DNA of 64,000 bases from Podarcis melisellensis (taxonomy: Eukaryota), in assembly GCA_964234715.1 (NCBI GenBank), contig OZ174281.1, one strand, 5' to 3'. Below, one piece after another: positions 11,941 through 22,464 of the stretch; position 1 is the stretch's first letter; each line of letters starts with the position of its first letter. The position numbers and the translations under genes are program-made. The notes under the pieces were generated by a model. It worked only from the letters and a program-made list of their open reading frames with translations. It was not told the DNA's origin and ran no database searches.

Positions 11941-12116
11941 CTGGCTTGGAAGGTGAGGTGATGGGTTAAATCAGGTTCTATATTTTGCAATGGTTTTTCT
12001 TGCCCTTTCCCAGGAATAATTTGCATTTCACTTAGTCCCAGGCTCCTTTTCTCCAAATGTATGATGATGGGATCCGGAAGATGGCTCCTCATGATAAAAA
12101 GAGGGCTGAAAACAAT
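11941..12116 (-). CDS. VPS13B: VPS13B exon K (176 nt): IVFSPLFIMRSHLPDPIIIHLEKRSLGLSEMQIIPGKGQEKPLQNIEPDLTHHLTFQA
   Basis: Translated by hand (frame absent from ORF track); acceptor ttttgtag|ATT, donor CAG|gtatag; phase 0 to 2. Confidence 0.96.
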
Positions 12117-12279
12117 CTACAAAATCAAAGCAGTAGAACAGTTTCAGCTTTTTAACTGTGGATCCAGCATTCCAGCTATAACAGACTGTCACTAAATCTC
12201 TGCTGTGGGTCAGTTTGACCTTAATTTGTTTCAGAACATGTGAGGTCGTATTAATTTGGGCAATGGGGAATGTACTCAC

Positions 12280-12363
12280 AATTCGTTGTTGTACTTGAGA
12301 ATTGGCCTCTAATGTCAAAACCATGCACCATACATAAATAATGGAATTGTTTGATGATGGCAC
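12280..12363 (-). CDS. VPS13B: VPS13B exon J (84 nt): VPSSNNSIIYVWCMVLTLEANSQVQQRI
   Basis: Acceptor gtctgcag|GTG, donor ATT|gtgagt; phase 0 to 0. Confidence 0.95.
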
Positions 12364-12993
12364 CTGCAGACAAGAAAAAAGATAGGTATTGCCTGAGGTT
12401 ACGGTAGCCTTGTGGAGCTAAATATTTTGTATCCTCTGATGTAGCAACACACTGCAAGTCAAAAGAAGACCAGTTTTCAAAGAAAATCCATCTCTCTTTT
12501 TTTGCACATTATTTTAGATAGGGCTAAACTATGCATGAAACCATTTGCACACTTAGCAATTTCACATTTTTATTTAAATAAACAGAAGGTGCCCAAGTCT
12601 GGATAAGGACCTAGACAGCAGTTATAGGGGGGCTTTTACCCTATGGCTTCAACTGTGGTTCCATTCTGGATCAGGGGTTCTACGCCCACCTACTGACACC
12701 AGGAGTAAAGTTCCTATTGGCATCAATGAGAGTTTTCCCCAATGCAAATTCCCAGTGGGTGGGTGGGTAGGTCTAATATGGACTGTAGTAGGAGATGAAG
12801 GGTTAATCCTACTCCACCCACCTGATCCTGAAAACAAGCACTCTTTCTAGCAGATGGGTTTGGGGGTGATTAGTATCCTTACGCTCATCCAAAATCCACA
12901 TTCATAATAAGAGAATCGTTACCTTGGAAAACACATTAGTTTTTTTTAAAGAAAATTACAAACTTCTGATTTGCAAACAATTTGTTTGTGTAC

Positions 12994-13257
12994 CTGGATG
13001 ACTGTGCTATATTCAGTGTCTTTAGACTCGAGAGAGACATCTCTTGACCAGTCTTCATCTCCTTTAGCCTTCACACTCAGCTCTGTTAGTTCATGGTTTT
13101 CTAGGACGTACGATGGCAGCTTCTGCTTGGGTGTAAGGCAGTCAAAATGTTCCTTTACAACTGCTTGTCCATCCTGCCCAGTGTAATGCTGAACAACTTT
13201 CATTTCAATGCTTTCAGAGAGGTAACTACACACAATCTGTCTTCCAGAAATAATTAT
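12994..13257 (-). CDS. VPS13B: VPS13B exon I (264 nt): IIISGRQIVCSYLSESIEMKVVQHY...EYSTVIQ
   Basis: Acceptor gatttag|ATA, donor CAG|gtacac; phase 0 to 0. Confidence 0.95.
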
Positions 13258-13699
13258 CTAAATCAGGGACAATGAGACACAAGCACAAATAAATAGTTTA
13301 TATGAATTGATTTTTACAATAAAGTTTAAGTTGAAAAATGTCTATTTTATGCAGATAAAGAGACATAGTACTAGTTTAGCTATAACAATCTTGGTCCACC
13401 AAATCATGTTTTCATGTTACAGTATATTGAACCAGTATATTGCTGAACTGCTGCTGGCACAAATTCACAAATGTAACAATCTAGATAATAAAGTTTTAAT
13501 GAAAAAATATCATCAGTAAAATATTATTTTGACCAGATACCAATCATTTAATATTCAACTAAATACTAAATTCAATTGCATTGTCATAGTGAATGCTTTC
13601 AATTTAAGCAATTTTGGAGATAGAAGAAGTTAGCTGCTCACCAAAATCAATTAAGACTCTATGTGATGTTAAGTGTCTAAGAACGCTGATGGAACTTAT

Positions 13700-14046
13700 C
13701 AAGGGGCTCCGTTCCTCCTCCCGCTTCGCGGGAGAGGCACTTCGCTGAAGGGGCGCTGTGCAGAGAGGGAGAGCTGCGCAGCGCCCCTTCAGCGAAGCGG
13801 GAGGAGGAACAGAAGGGACTCTGTTCAAGCTGGCCACTGTCTCTGCGCAGCACCTCTCCTGCGAAGCGGGAGGAGGAACGGAGCCCCTTCTGTTCCTCCT
13901 CCCGCTTCGCAGGAGAGGCACTTCGCTGAAGGAGCGTTGCGCAGCTCTCCCTCTCTGTGCAGTGCCATTCGCTCCATAAGACGCACTCACATTTCCCCTT
14001 ACTTTTTAGGAGGAAAAAAGTGTGTCTTATGGAGCGAAAAATACGG
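13700..14046. mobile_element. Tc1/mariner (Tigger-like) non-autonomous element, one end only, GC-rich repetitive interior
   Basis: Terminus gtcttatggagcgaaaaatacgg|ta with sub-terminal inverted copy cgctccataagac; internal direct and inverted repeats. Confidence 0.7.
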
Positions 14047-14149
14047 TAAGTAATACTTAATTACTTCGTTAGTGGCATCCTCTTGGACAACTTAATATTT
14101 GTTGGAAAAAGGATTCCTGAGCAAAATGTACATGCATAAGAACACTCAC

Positions 14150-14305
14150 TTGTTTTTGTACTCCATTGAGCTGCAGGACCTTGATAATAAGTGATGCAGT
14201 CCTTCCCTTGTACTGAATAGTCCTGATAAATGTTCCTGCATTATCTACACTGAATGGCTCAGACCACCGCCAGTTTCCCCAACCTTCAATACAGATATGT
14301 AGCAG
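14150..14305 (-). CDS. VPS13B: VPS13B exon H (156 nt): LLHICIEGWGNWRWSEPFSVDNAGTFIRTIQYKGRTASLIIKVLQLNGVQKQ
   Basis: Acceptor tttttcag|CTG, donor CAA|gtgagt; phase 0 to 0. Confidence 0.96.
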
Positions 14306-15989
14306 CTGAAAAAGATAAAAAATAATAACTAACCAAAAGCAAACAAGCAGCACATTAATTGATGACCTGTACTAATCAGCTAACCTTACAGCAAAACCCA
14401 AATCCCATCACTGCAAAAGTTCTCATTATAAGATTTGAACATGTTTAATACCTTTCTTTAAAAACAAACAAAGCCGTATGACCCTTGTTACCCAGTGTAC
14501 TAAAGAAACATAGGCCTTGGTAATCATGTGCTTTATATTTAATAAACTAAATAAATAAACTTCCAGTCTTTAAAGGTGAATTTCTAAGTACATTTCTCTA
14601 TTTTAACAGAGGCCAAATGAAGCCGGTTTATCATTCAGTTATTCAGTATGAAACTGCTGCCCAGGAAAAAAAAAAGTCACAAATTTTCTGATTTATGAAT
14701 ACAGTACTAAAAAAAAGTTACATCAAGGTCTAGAAAAAGGAGATAATGAAGCCCCACACACATCAAGGGCAATGAATCAAGGCTAATGGACTGAAATTAT
14801 GCTTTTTCCAGTGAAGTTTGACTTTGACCTTTAAGAAGGAGCCACAAGAACAAACGGCTAAGATGTTACAACTCAGTAGCCTGCTGGCAATTTTTGGTCC
14901 CCTCAGCACAAAACTGCTTGTAAAACAAACACATTCAATACAGTGGGTGGCTTTTGAATTGCAAAAGTTAGGCCTTGACTACTAACACAAATATACAAGA
15001 TAATAAGTATACCCTGAGGGGAAAATGTACTCTGGGACATAAAAGCTCCTAATGGCTTTGATATTTAAATCTTAGTCACAGAATAAAGAGAAACAACTGC
15101 TGTGGCTGAAACCAAGTTGCTCACAGCCTCCTGTGTGTGTGGTGGTGGGGATGGAGAAGAAGCCGCATACCCAAAATGAAAGAAATGAGAAGGCTGCTGA
15201 CTGTTGAGAGAGAATAGTAGCGGGGAAAACAAACAAACAAACAACCAACAAATGGAGGTATGCTATACAAAAGCTGGCCCTATGTGCTCAAAAATTATTG
15301 AAAACAAATGCTCTGTGACAGATAATGATGAGTCTGAACACAGAACTTCCCTTCTGGAGCATCTCCTCCCATCTTGTATGAACAGCCAGCTCATATCACC
15401 CAGGAATATGCTATCAGTTTACATCGAAAGTTTTACAAACATTGGCTGATTATTTTCTAACAATGCACCACGGAGATTGATGCGCATTTCATGTTAAATG
15501 TATGAAAAGGCTAGGAAAACAGTACTCTTGGGAGCGAGTATCTGATGACATTGTAAGCTCTGTACTACGGAAAGAATTCCTATTTATATCTCACTGATTT
15601 GTGGGAGCTTCACGACTCCATGCTCCCACTGCTGCTTCATACATCACCAGGTGTCCAATGGAACCTGCTTCTCCTGGGGCATATGGGTACTATTCAACAG
15701 CCAGGGTTAAGAATTTCATAAAGGGTTCCTTATTTCCCCCCACAAAACTCGAGCACTGATTCTACTACCACCTTGTTGGGTGCCTTATGATTTAAATGGG
15801 CATCCTAAGGACTCCAAGATGGCAGTCAGAATGAGCAGCCTGAGCACACATAAGCAAACATCATACTCAGCCAATTAAGTTAAACCACTGCTTTAGGGGA
15901 TACCTTTGCTGCCTTTTAAGTTTCCCCACACACATTTTGAGAACTGTTGGGAATTTAGCTCACGTGGGTGACGTGACTGGGTGGGAGAG

Positions 15990-16190
15990 CAGACCTGGAA
16001 GAAGGCATGCCAGATTTGGGCTGCATTGTATTGGAAGGTATGAAACAGAACAAGATGGCCAAGCTGGTGAAAGATGCTTGCTAAGATGCCTTGGTGCTTG
16101 TGCCTCCAGCAACAATGATGGATGATGGAGCATCCCCAGACTATGTACCTGTTCATCTAGTGGGTGTCCAACCCAATTCAGAACCACCCA
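15990..16190 (-). mobile_element. L2 LINE ORF2 relic
   Basis: VLNWVGHPLDEQVHSLGMLHHPSLLLEAQ resembles the L2 segment downstream of RT (VLDGVxLPLKxQVRSLGVLLDPxLSLEAQ). Confidence 0.65.
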
Positions 16191-19100
16191 CCTAATTTAC
16201 AGATGTAGGAGCCACAAGGCCTTCATGGAAATGTTTAAATTGGCTTACAAGACTGAGAGACAAAAAGGAATGGGGAACATTTCAGACTCACATATCATTT
16301 TTGGCCTTGCTTACAGAGTCCACTGTGATTTGTTCTCCTTCAATATGTAATCTGAATTGCCTGCATGATTTCTATTTTCAGCTACTAAAATTTAGTTTTG
16401 AGCCAAACTGTTTATTCGTTGCCATTCAGAATCATTAAGTCATCAACGTTGTACGCCAATCATCAGAAGTGGGAAAGTTTGTGAGTTCTAGCAAGGCTGG
16501 CACAGACAAGGAATTCATGATGCTGCAACAAAGGAGGCTAGCTAAGAAACCAGGCATCAATGCCATGAGATGCTGCTAAATTAAAACTTCTGGTTGCAGA
16601 GTGATAAAGCTGGAAAAGGGAAAGCCAGTCTGGGATATGTGGAGTGGTGATAACAGTCAGGAGAGGATTTAAGTGAAAAGCGATTTGACCACTATTGTAT
16701 TTTACATCAAGAAGTCATAAATAGTATAAAGAACAGGGATAAGATCTTCCCTATATACAATGGATCTTCTGTAAAGTTGCTGTACAAAAATTACTGGACC
16801 TATTAAGAACCATAACAAAACTCAGGGTTTGAGGGAAGATGCTGTCTGTTAGTGGTATAACACAGCTAAGGGATCTCTGGACACAGGGTTAAGAACATCA
16901 GGAAAATCCTGCTGGATCAGACCAAAAGTCAGCATCCTGTTCTCACAGTGGCCAATGAGATGCCCACAAGCAGTTCATGAGCACAACAGTACAAAGATCC
17001 TAGTTTGAAATTTTGGACAGTCACTACCCTGTCTCATGTACTGTAAGGCAGTTTCCTAGATTCATTTCCACATTATTTTTCTGCATTGGGTTTATTCTTG
17101 AAGATCTCTGTACACACTACTGTGCCACAGTAATAGACTCCATGGTTGTGAAGCAGCTACTGAAAAGATACCTCTGAACAGAAGAGTTTCACTTAAGTTC
17201 CATGGGGCCCAAACATCTTGTTGCTTTGTAGAGCAGTATGGCTTCTGCCGTAGCTTGAATCACAATTAAAGGAATGGATCTAATGATGGGCTGCTGCTTA
17301 CTATGATATTCAGCAGCTCATGTTGCTTATCAGTCTGGAAAAATAGGCCTTCAGAAGACCTCTTGCTTTTCTAAACTTTAATGTTAGATTTTCATGAGAC
17401 CATTAGTTGCATTTCCCTTAACAAGAAGCCAAGAACCTTTAATAAACCATAGTGTGTAAAAGCTGCCAGCTAGCGCATGCAGTTTGATCACCACCTCTTT
17501 GCCCCTCTATTGGCATGAGCAGCTAAACAAAACAGCCTAACATAACATTCCAATTCTGGGATTATGGCTTTTTTCTCTAATAAACAAGAGATCTCTGGCA
17601 AGACTTAACCCAAGGTTTGTTGCTGGCTTACAAATATTGGCCTATGAGTGAGAAGCAAACCACAATCCTGGGTTCGGTTGTTATGCTTAACTATTTGTTT
17701 ACCTACTTGTGCCAGAGGAGGAGGGAAGAGGAAGCAATTGGGCTGTGTGTACATTATGGGTTACTAAACCAAGGTTATTGGCTTATTGTTGCATGCAAAT
17801 ACTGCCACTAAGTTATTGTTGAAAGTAAAGACATTTCACCAGTTTCCTACATACAAAGTTGTGCAGAACCATATCAGAAATGCCTTGAACCCAATGCAAG
17901 GTCAAGAACTTTAGAGCAAATGCAAGATTCAAATCTAATATATATGTTTGTGTGTGAGAGAGAGAGATCTAGTGTCTCCCAATGAAGTAAAATCTTAACT
18001 ACATTACATTAATGAAGCATTAAAAAAATGAACTTTTATGGAGCTGGAAGAATGCTGGGGAGTGGATAATTTTGAGAAATTCTAGGTGAAAAAAAAGAGA
18101 GAAGTCCCTCATACTCACTGGGATTTGCGGAGGTTTTTCAAAATATGAGAAAATAAAATAGAATATATATATTGCCTGTGCATAGTGACTATTAAATAAA
18201 TTGTTTACTTTAAATCCAATGATTCAATTATTTATATGCATTTACTTCTGAAGCAAATGTGTTTTGAGATTTTAGCTTTGTACCGCCACAGCTAAACCAA
18301 AGGAATCTTAAAACTCCTTTCATTTATTTATATTATCTATTCTAAACAGTCAATTACAACACCTCTCCTCAACTTTAATCAGTGAAAGAAAAATTAATAC
18401 TTTAAATGATATGAATTTTAATGAAACCCAATGCTTTGAAAACTATTTATTTTCATTTAACTGAGCTGCCTTGCCATACTAAAAAAAACATTTTTGCAAA
18501 GGTTAAATAAAGTATTTTATGGCAACCGCTGCTGCTTAGTGCCTGTGTAACAAGAAACATGAGCTGTCCAAAGTTGTGCAAGTGGATTTTCTTTCCCAGT
18601 AAGGGAATGTGGTATCTGAGACCTTGTCCTAACTCATTTTTATCCCCAAGTGTGAGTCAAGAAAGTCAAGTATGAACTAATGCCTAGAGGAAAGTCCCTG
18701 ACTCCAAAAGTATGGATTATTTCATATTTCACATTTATCTCACAATCTGCTCTCAGAGTTCTTAAAATTCACTAACTTGGCAAGATGAGAATTATCATGA
18801 GGAATGAAATAACTTCAAAACTATGAAGTAATCTAGCATTCCATTAATCTGACACTCGAGTGGCTTGTCCATGCTTGGGCACCGTTCTGACCTCTGGATA
18901 ATGAGTTCCTCAAGAACGTCTCCAGCAATAAAGAAATTTGGAATGTGCCACAATAAAATATGCACAACAATCTGAAGTCCTAATTAAGGTGCATTAATTT
19001 TGTAGACTTATACACCCCACTTTGAAAAATTAGGACACGGTGTTAAAAATAAAACTGTGCTTATCTGAGATGACAAGTTATCAAGATGTCCAGAGTTCTT

Positions 19101-20402
19101 TCCAGAGAACAGAGCATCGTGAGTTCTTGTTTAAAATTCACAACACAAACTACACCCAGATCTGGGTGTGGGGATTTTGCAGCATTTAACGAACGGAATC
19201 CACTTATGCACAAAAAGCGCCCCACGCTCCTGGTATGTTAAATTACCCAAATGGTTCATTTCTGAGATCTCAACATTCTGGTGACATGGGAGAGGCGATA
19301 AAGTGTCAGCAGAACAATAATAACACAGAAAATATTACAAGGCTTGGGGGCCATTCAACAGAGTTACTCATTTAGTTCAGTTCTTGCCAGAAAACATCCC
19401 AATAATCTAACTTTTCAGAGAATCAAGAACTGCTCTCCAGCCAGTGGTAGGATAAGCTGCTCCACGGCTGACCTGCTTTCCATGTCTCTCCCTTGCTCTG
19501 CTTCACACTGTATGCCCATTCGTTCTGGCACACCATTCATTCCTCATATAAGAAGAGCCACTGTAGTCAGCTGCCCCCTTCCAAAGAATAGCACAGCAAC
19601 CTGAATTTCACAGACCTGATAACTAACAATACAAGAAAAACAACAAACTCAAACATAAATTACTTAGACCACTAATCACATGTATTTCATTTTTATTCCC
19701 CCCCCCCTGAGCTATCACTTGTAACTTCAGAGCAACCCTGTGAGGCAGGTTGATTATTCTTGTAGTTTGGGAATGGAGGACACACAAACAAGTCTAGAAC
19801 AGAAACTGGACTTCAGGGCTTCTAGATCCTTGTCCTTAATATACTGGATAACACTGTTATCCAGATATTGTAGCTGCATCTCACAGGCAATCGTGTGATT
19901 AGAAGTAGAAGAATTCACATCTTAGCATAAAGCAAAACTGGTACTCCTGCAGATAAAGGACTCATCTACCTATACATTAATGTGGCCTAAGAACATCTTG
20001 GATCAGAGTATATGCCCACTGAGTACATCATCCTGCTTCCCAGCATCATTACTGACAAATTTGTATCTGTAACTGTCTTGCAGTAAGGATAAAATTGTGT
20101 AAATAATCTTTATATTTAAAAGACCACTTTGAAATCTCAATTTGCTTACACACAAACTAATTTGCTTACACACAAATAAAATATGTGTAAGCAAACTGAG
20201 AAAAAAAGCCCTGTAATTCCTGACTTTTTATGTTGTTTCTCAATTGTCTTTTACAGCCACCTATAAACCAGTAGCCATCACTCTTGTGGGAGTATAAATT
20301 ACATTAGTTATGGAACAAGTATTCTACTTTCAGTTCCCACAAAAACCCAGAACAAGTTGTGACCCTGGCTATGTTTTAGGTGCTATGATTGTGCTTGTGC
20401 AT

Positions 20403-20404
<2 letters not shown>

Positions 20405-20442
<38 letters not shown>

Positions 20443-20452
20443 GAGAGAGAGA
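20405..20452. repeat. (GT)n plus (GA)n microsatellite
   Basis: Direct reading. Confidence 0.95.
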
Positions 20453-21294
20453 AATCAGATAACTGTTTTCATGGATATTCACAAATGAGTTATCATGTGC
20501 TACAGTACTGTGGGCTGATATTCACATCATCATGTACCTAGAAGGCACTTCTGTGCAGGAAAGAGCAGGTCACAATACATATATATAACAAGTATGTGCA
20601 TTGTTTCACAGATATAAACGCTGGGCTGCAGCCTGCCATCATGCTTACACTGAAATAACACAGGTTCAAAAATCACAAACAGGCTACCTGCTATATCCAC
20701 CAAAGAAGTGTATTTTGTGTAGGATTTTGTCATGTTTAATGCAGCCACTCATAACTGAATGTTCCTCATTCTGATTCAATTGCTTGTAAGTGCTTGCAAA
20801 ATTTACAGCTGGGAGACAAATGGCAAATGAAGGAGGCTTCCATAGCACCTCACTGCCTCTCTGTTTGGCTTGACCAGCGGTAAAGCACAGTAAAAAGGTG
20901 AAGTAAGGAGCTCTCCCTTCTTAGATGTAACTTCCGTTTAAAACCAATTCTGATGTAGCAGTTTTCCTTAATGGAAGAATATTGTTTTGTATCTTCACAA
21001 TGATTTTCATGTACATTTGTCGTGAGCATTTCACTGCCAGAGAAAAGTTGAAAAATAAAAAAGCGCGCACCGGTTGCCAAAGGAATAAAGGGTAATTAAA
21101 ATGCAGAATTTTAAAGAAATGGCAAATAACTTCAAGCACTTAAATAAGTTGCCTGCAAGCTGATTTTGCCTAAGCAGAAGTGAAAGCTGCAATCCTTCCT
21201 CCATAGGGGCTGCAGGTTATTCTGGGAAAACAGCAGCAGCAGCAGCAACAGCAGCAATACAATATGAGACTGAGGGACTGGTAACCATTAAAGC

Positions 21295-21890
21295 ATAAGA
21301 TGAATTAGAGAAAAATCCTATCATGTTCAGCATTCTCTTCTCTCAGTGGCCAACCAGATGTCTATGAAAAACCCACAAGCAGAACATGAATATGATAGTG
21401 CTCTCCTGCAGTTGTTCCATGGCAACTGAAGCATACTGTCTCTGGTACTGGAGGTGGCATATAAAAGGTATAGCCTTAGCCTCCATCAATTTGTGGCCTT
21501 CTAAAGCAATCGAAGCTGGTCACATCAGTTTACCTATGTGAAGAACTTCCTTTTGTCTCTCCAGAATCGCCCAGCACCCAGTTGCATTGAATGACCCCTG
21601 ATACTATTAAAGTTAGGGAGAAAAACCTTTCTCTATCAACTTTCTCAACACCATGCATAATTTTACACACCTCTACCCTGTCTTTTTTACCATTTTTCTA
21701 AACTAAAAAGCCGGAAGTATTATAAATTTCCCTCACATGGGAATTGCTCCAGCCCCTTGATCATTTTAGTGTCCTTTTTTCTGCTCCTTTGGACATGCAG
21801 AGCCCGAAACCACACACAGCAAGTATTCCAAGTGTGGTCAACACCATAGATTTGCAGGAAGGCATTATGACAGCGGCAATTTTATTTTCA
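21295..21890 (-). mobile_element. Decayed CR1 LINE 3' fragment (shorter 3'-UTR pieces near 16888-16990, 42195-42580, 51685-51780, 59430-59562)
   Basis: Recalled squamate CR1 3' UTR and ORF2-end motifs (cagtggccaaccagatg, ctccagccccttgatcattttagt, gtattccaagtgtgg). Confidence 0.7.
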
Positions 21891-22007
21891 ATGGGAGCTT
21901 TGTGTCCACACAGTTAGGATTAAAATACCAAAACCTGAAGACTAAATTCTCTCTCTTAAACCTGATAAATTACTGCTGTACTTTGGGTTCAGAAGCTTGC
22001 CGTTTTC

Positions 22008-22011
<4 letters not shown>

Positions 22012-22063
<52 letters not shown>
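22012..22063. repeat. (CT)n microsatellite
   Basis: Direct reading. Confidence 0.95.
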
Positions 22064-22066
<3 letters not shown>

Positions 22067-22300
22067 TCATTTGGAAAGGGTGTGGGTGTTCATTTCCAAA
22101 CTTGAATGAAATCTAAACACTTCTGGGTTTCCTCATCCATTTTGTTTATCTCTTGTGTCTCTTGCAGCTAAAGCGTGTGACTCCAGCTGGAATCTGGAAA
22201 GCTAAAGATAGCTGAATGCTTGAATAAAAAACCAGAATCAATGATTAAAACACCACCCAATTTTAACAATCGCTGCACTTGTAATGCTTTTTTCTTTCAT

Positions 22301-22432
22301 NNNNNNNNNNNNNNNNNNNNNNNNNNNNNNNNNNNNNNNNNNNNNNNNNNNNNNNNNNNNNNNNNNNNNNNNNNNNNNNNNNNNNNNNNNNNNNNNNNNN
22401 NNNNNNNNNNNNNNNNNNNNNNNNNNNNNNNN
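22301..22432. other. N-gap (132 nt)
   Basis: Run of N. Confidence 1.
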
Positions 22433-22464
22433 AAGACCAACTCTTCTGCCTCAGGGCACTGGTT
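22303..22464 (-). CDS. VPS13B: VPS13B exon G (only 32 nt visible: NQCPEAEELV; remainder inside N-gap, 3' end inferred)
   Basis: Acceptor ttttcctttcag|AACCAGTGC; recalled human NKCPEVEELV...SHKSPQ is 54 codons, placing the exon end at 22303. Confidence 0.8.

Noticed and set aside
18110-18145. Strong donor-like CA|GTGAGT after CGCAAATCC, reminiscent of the SHKSPQ end of exon G
   Set aside because: Upstream sequence does not encode the expected peptide; the gap at 22301-22432 already accounts for the exon.
19844-20195. Small palindrome ctggataaca-c-tgttatccag and direct/inverted repeat aatttgcttacacacaaa
   Set aside because: Short; consistent with local slippage or template switching, no evidence of function.
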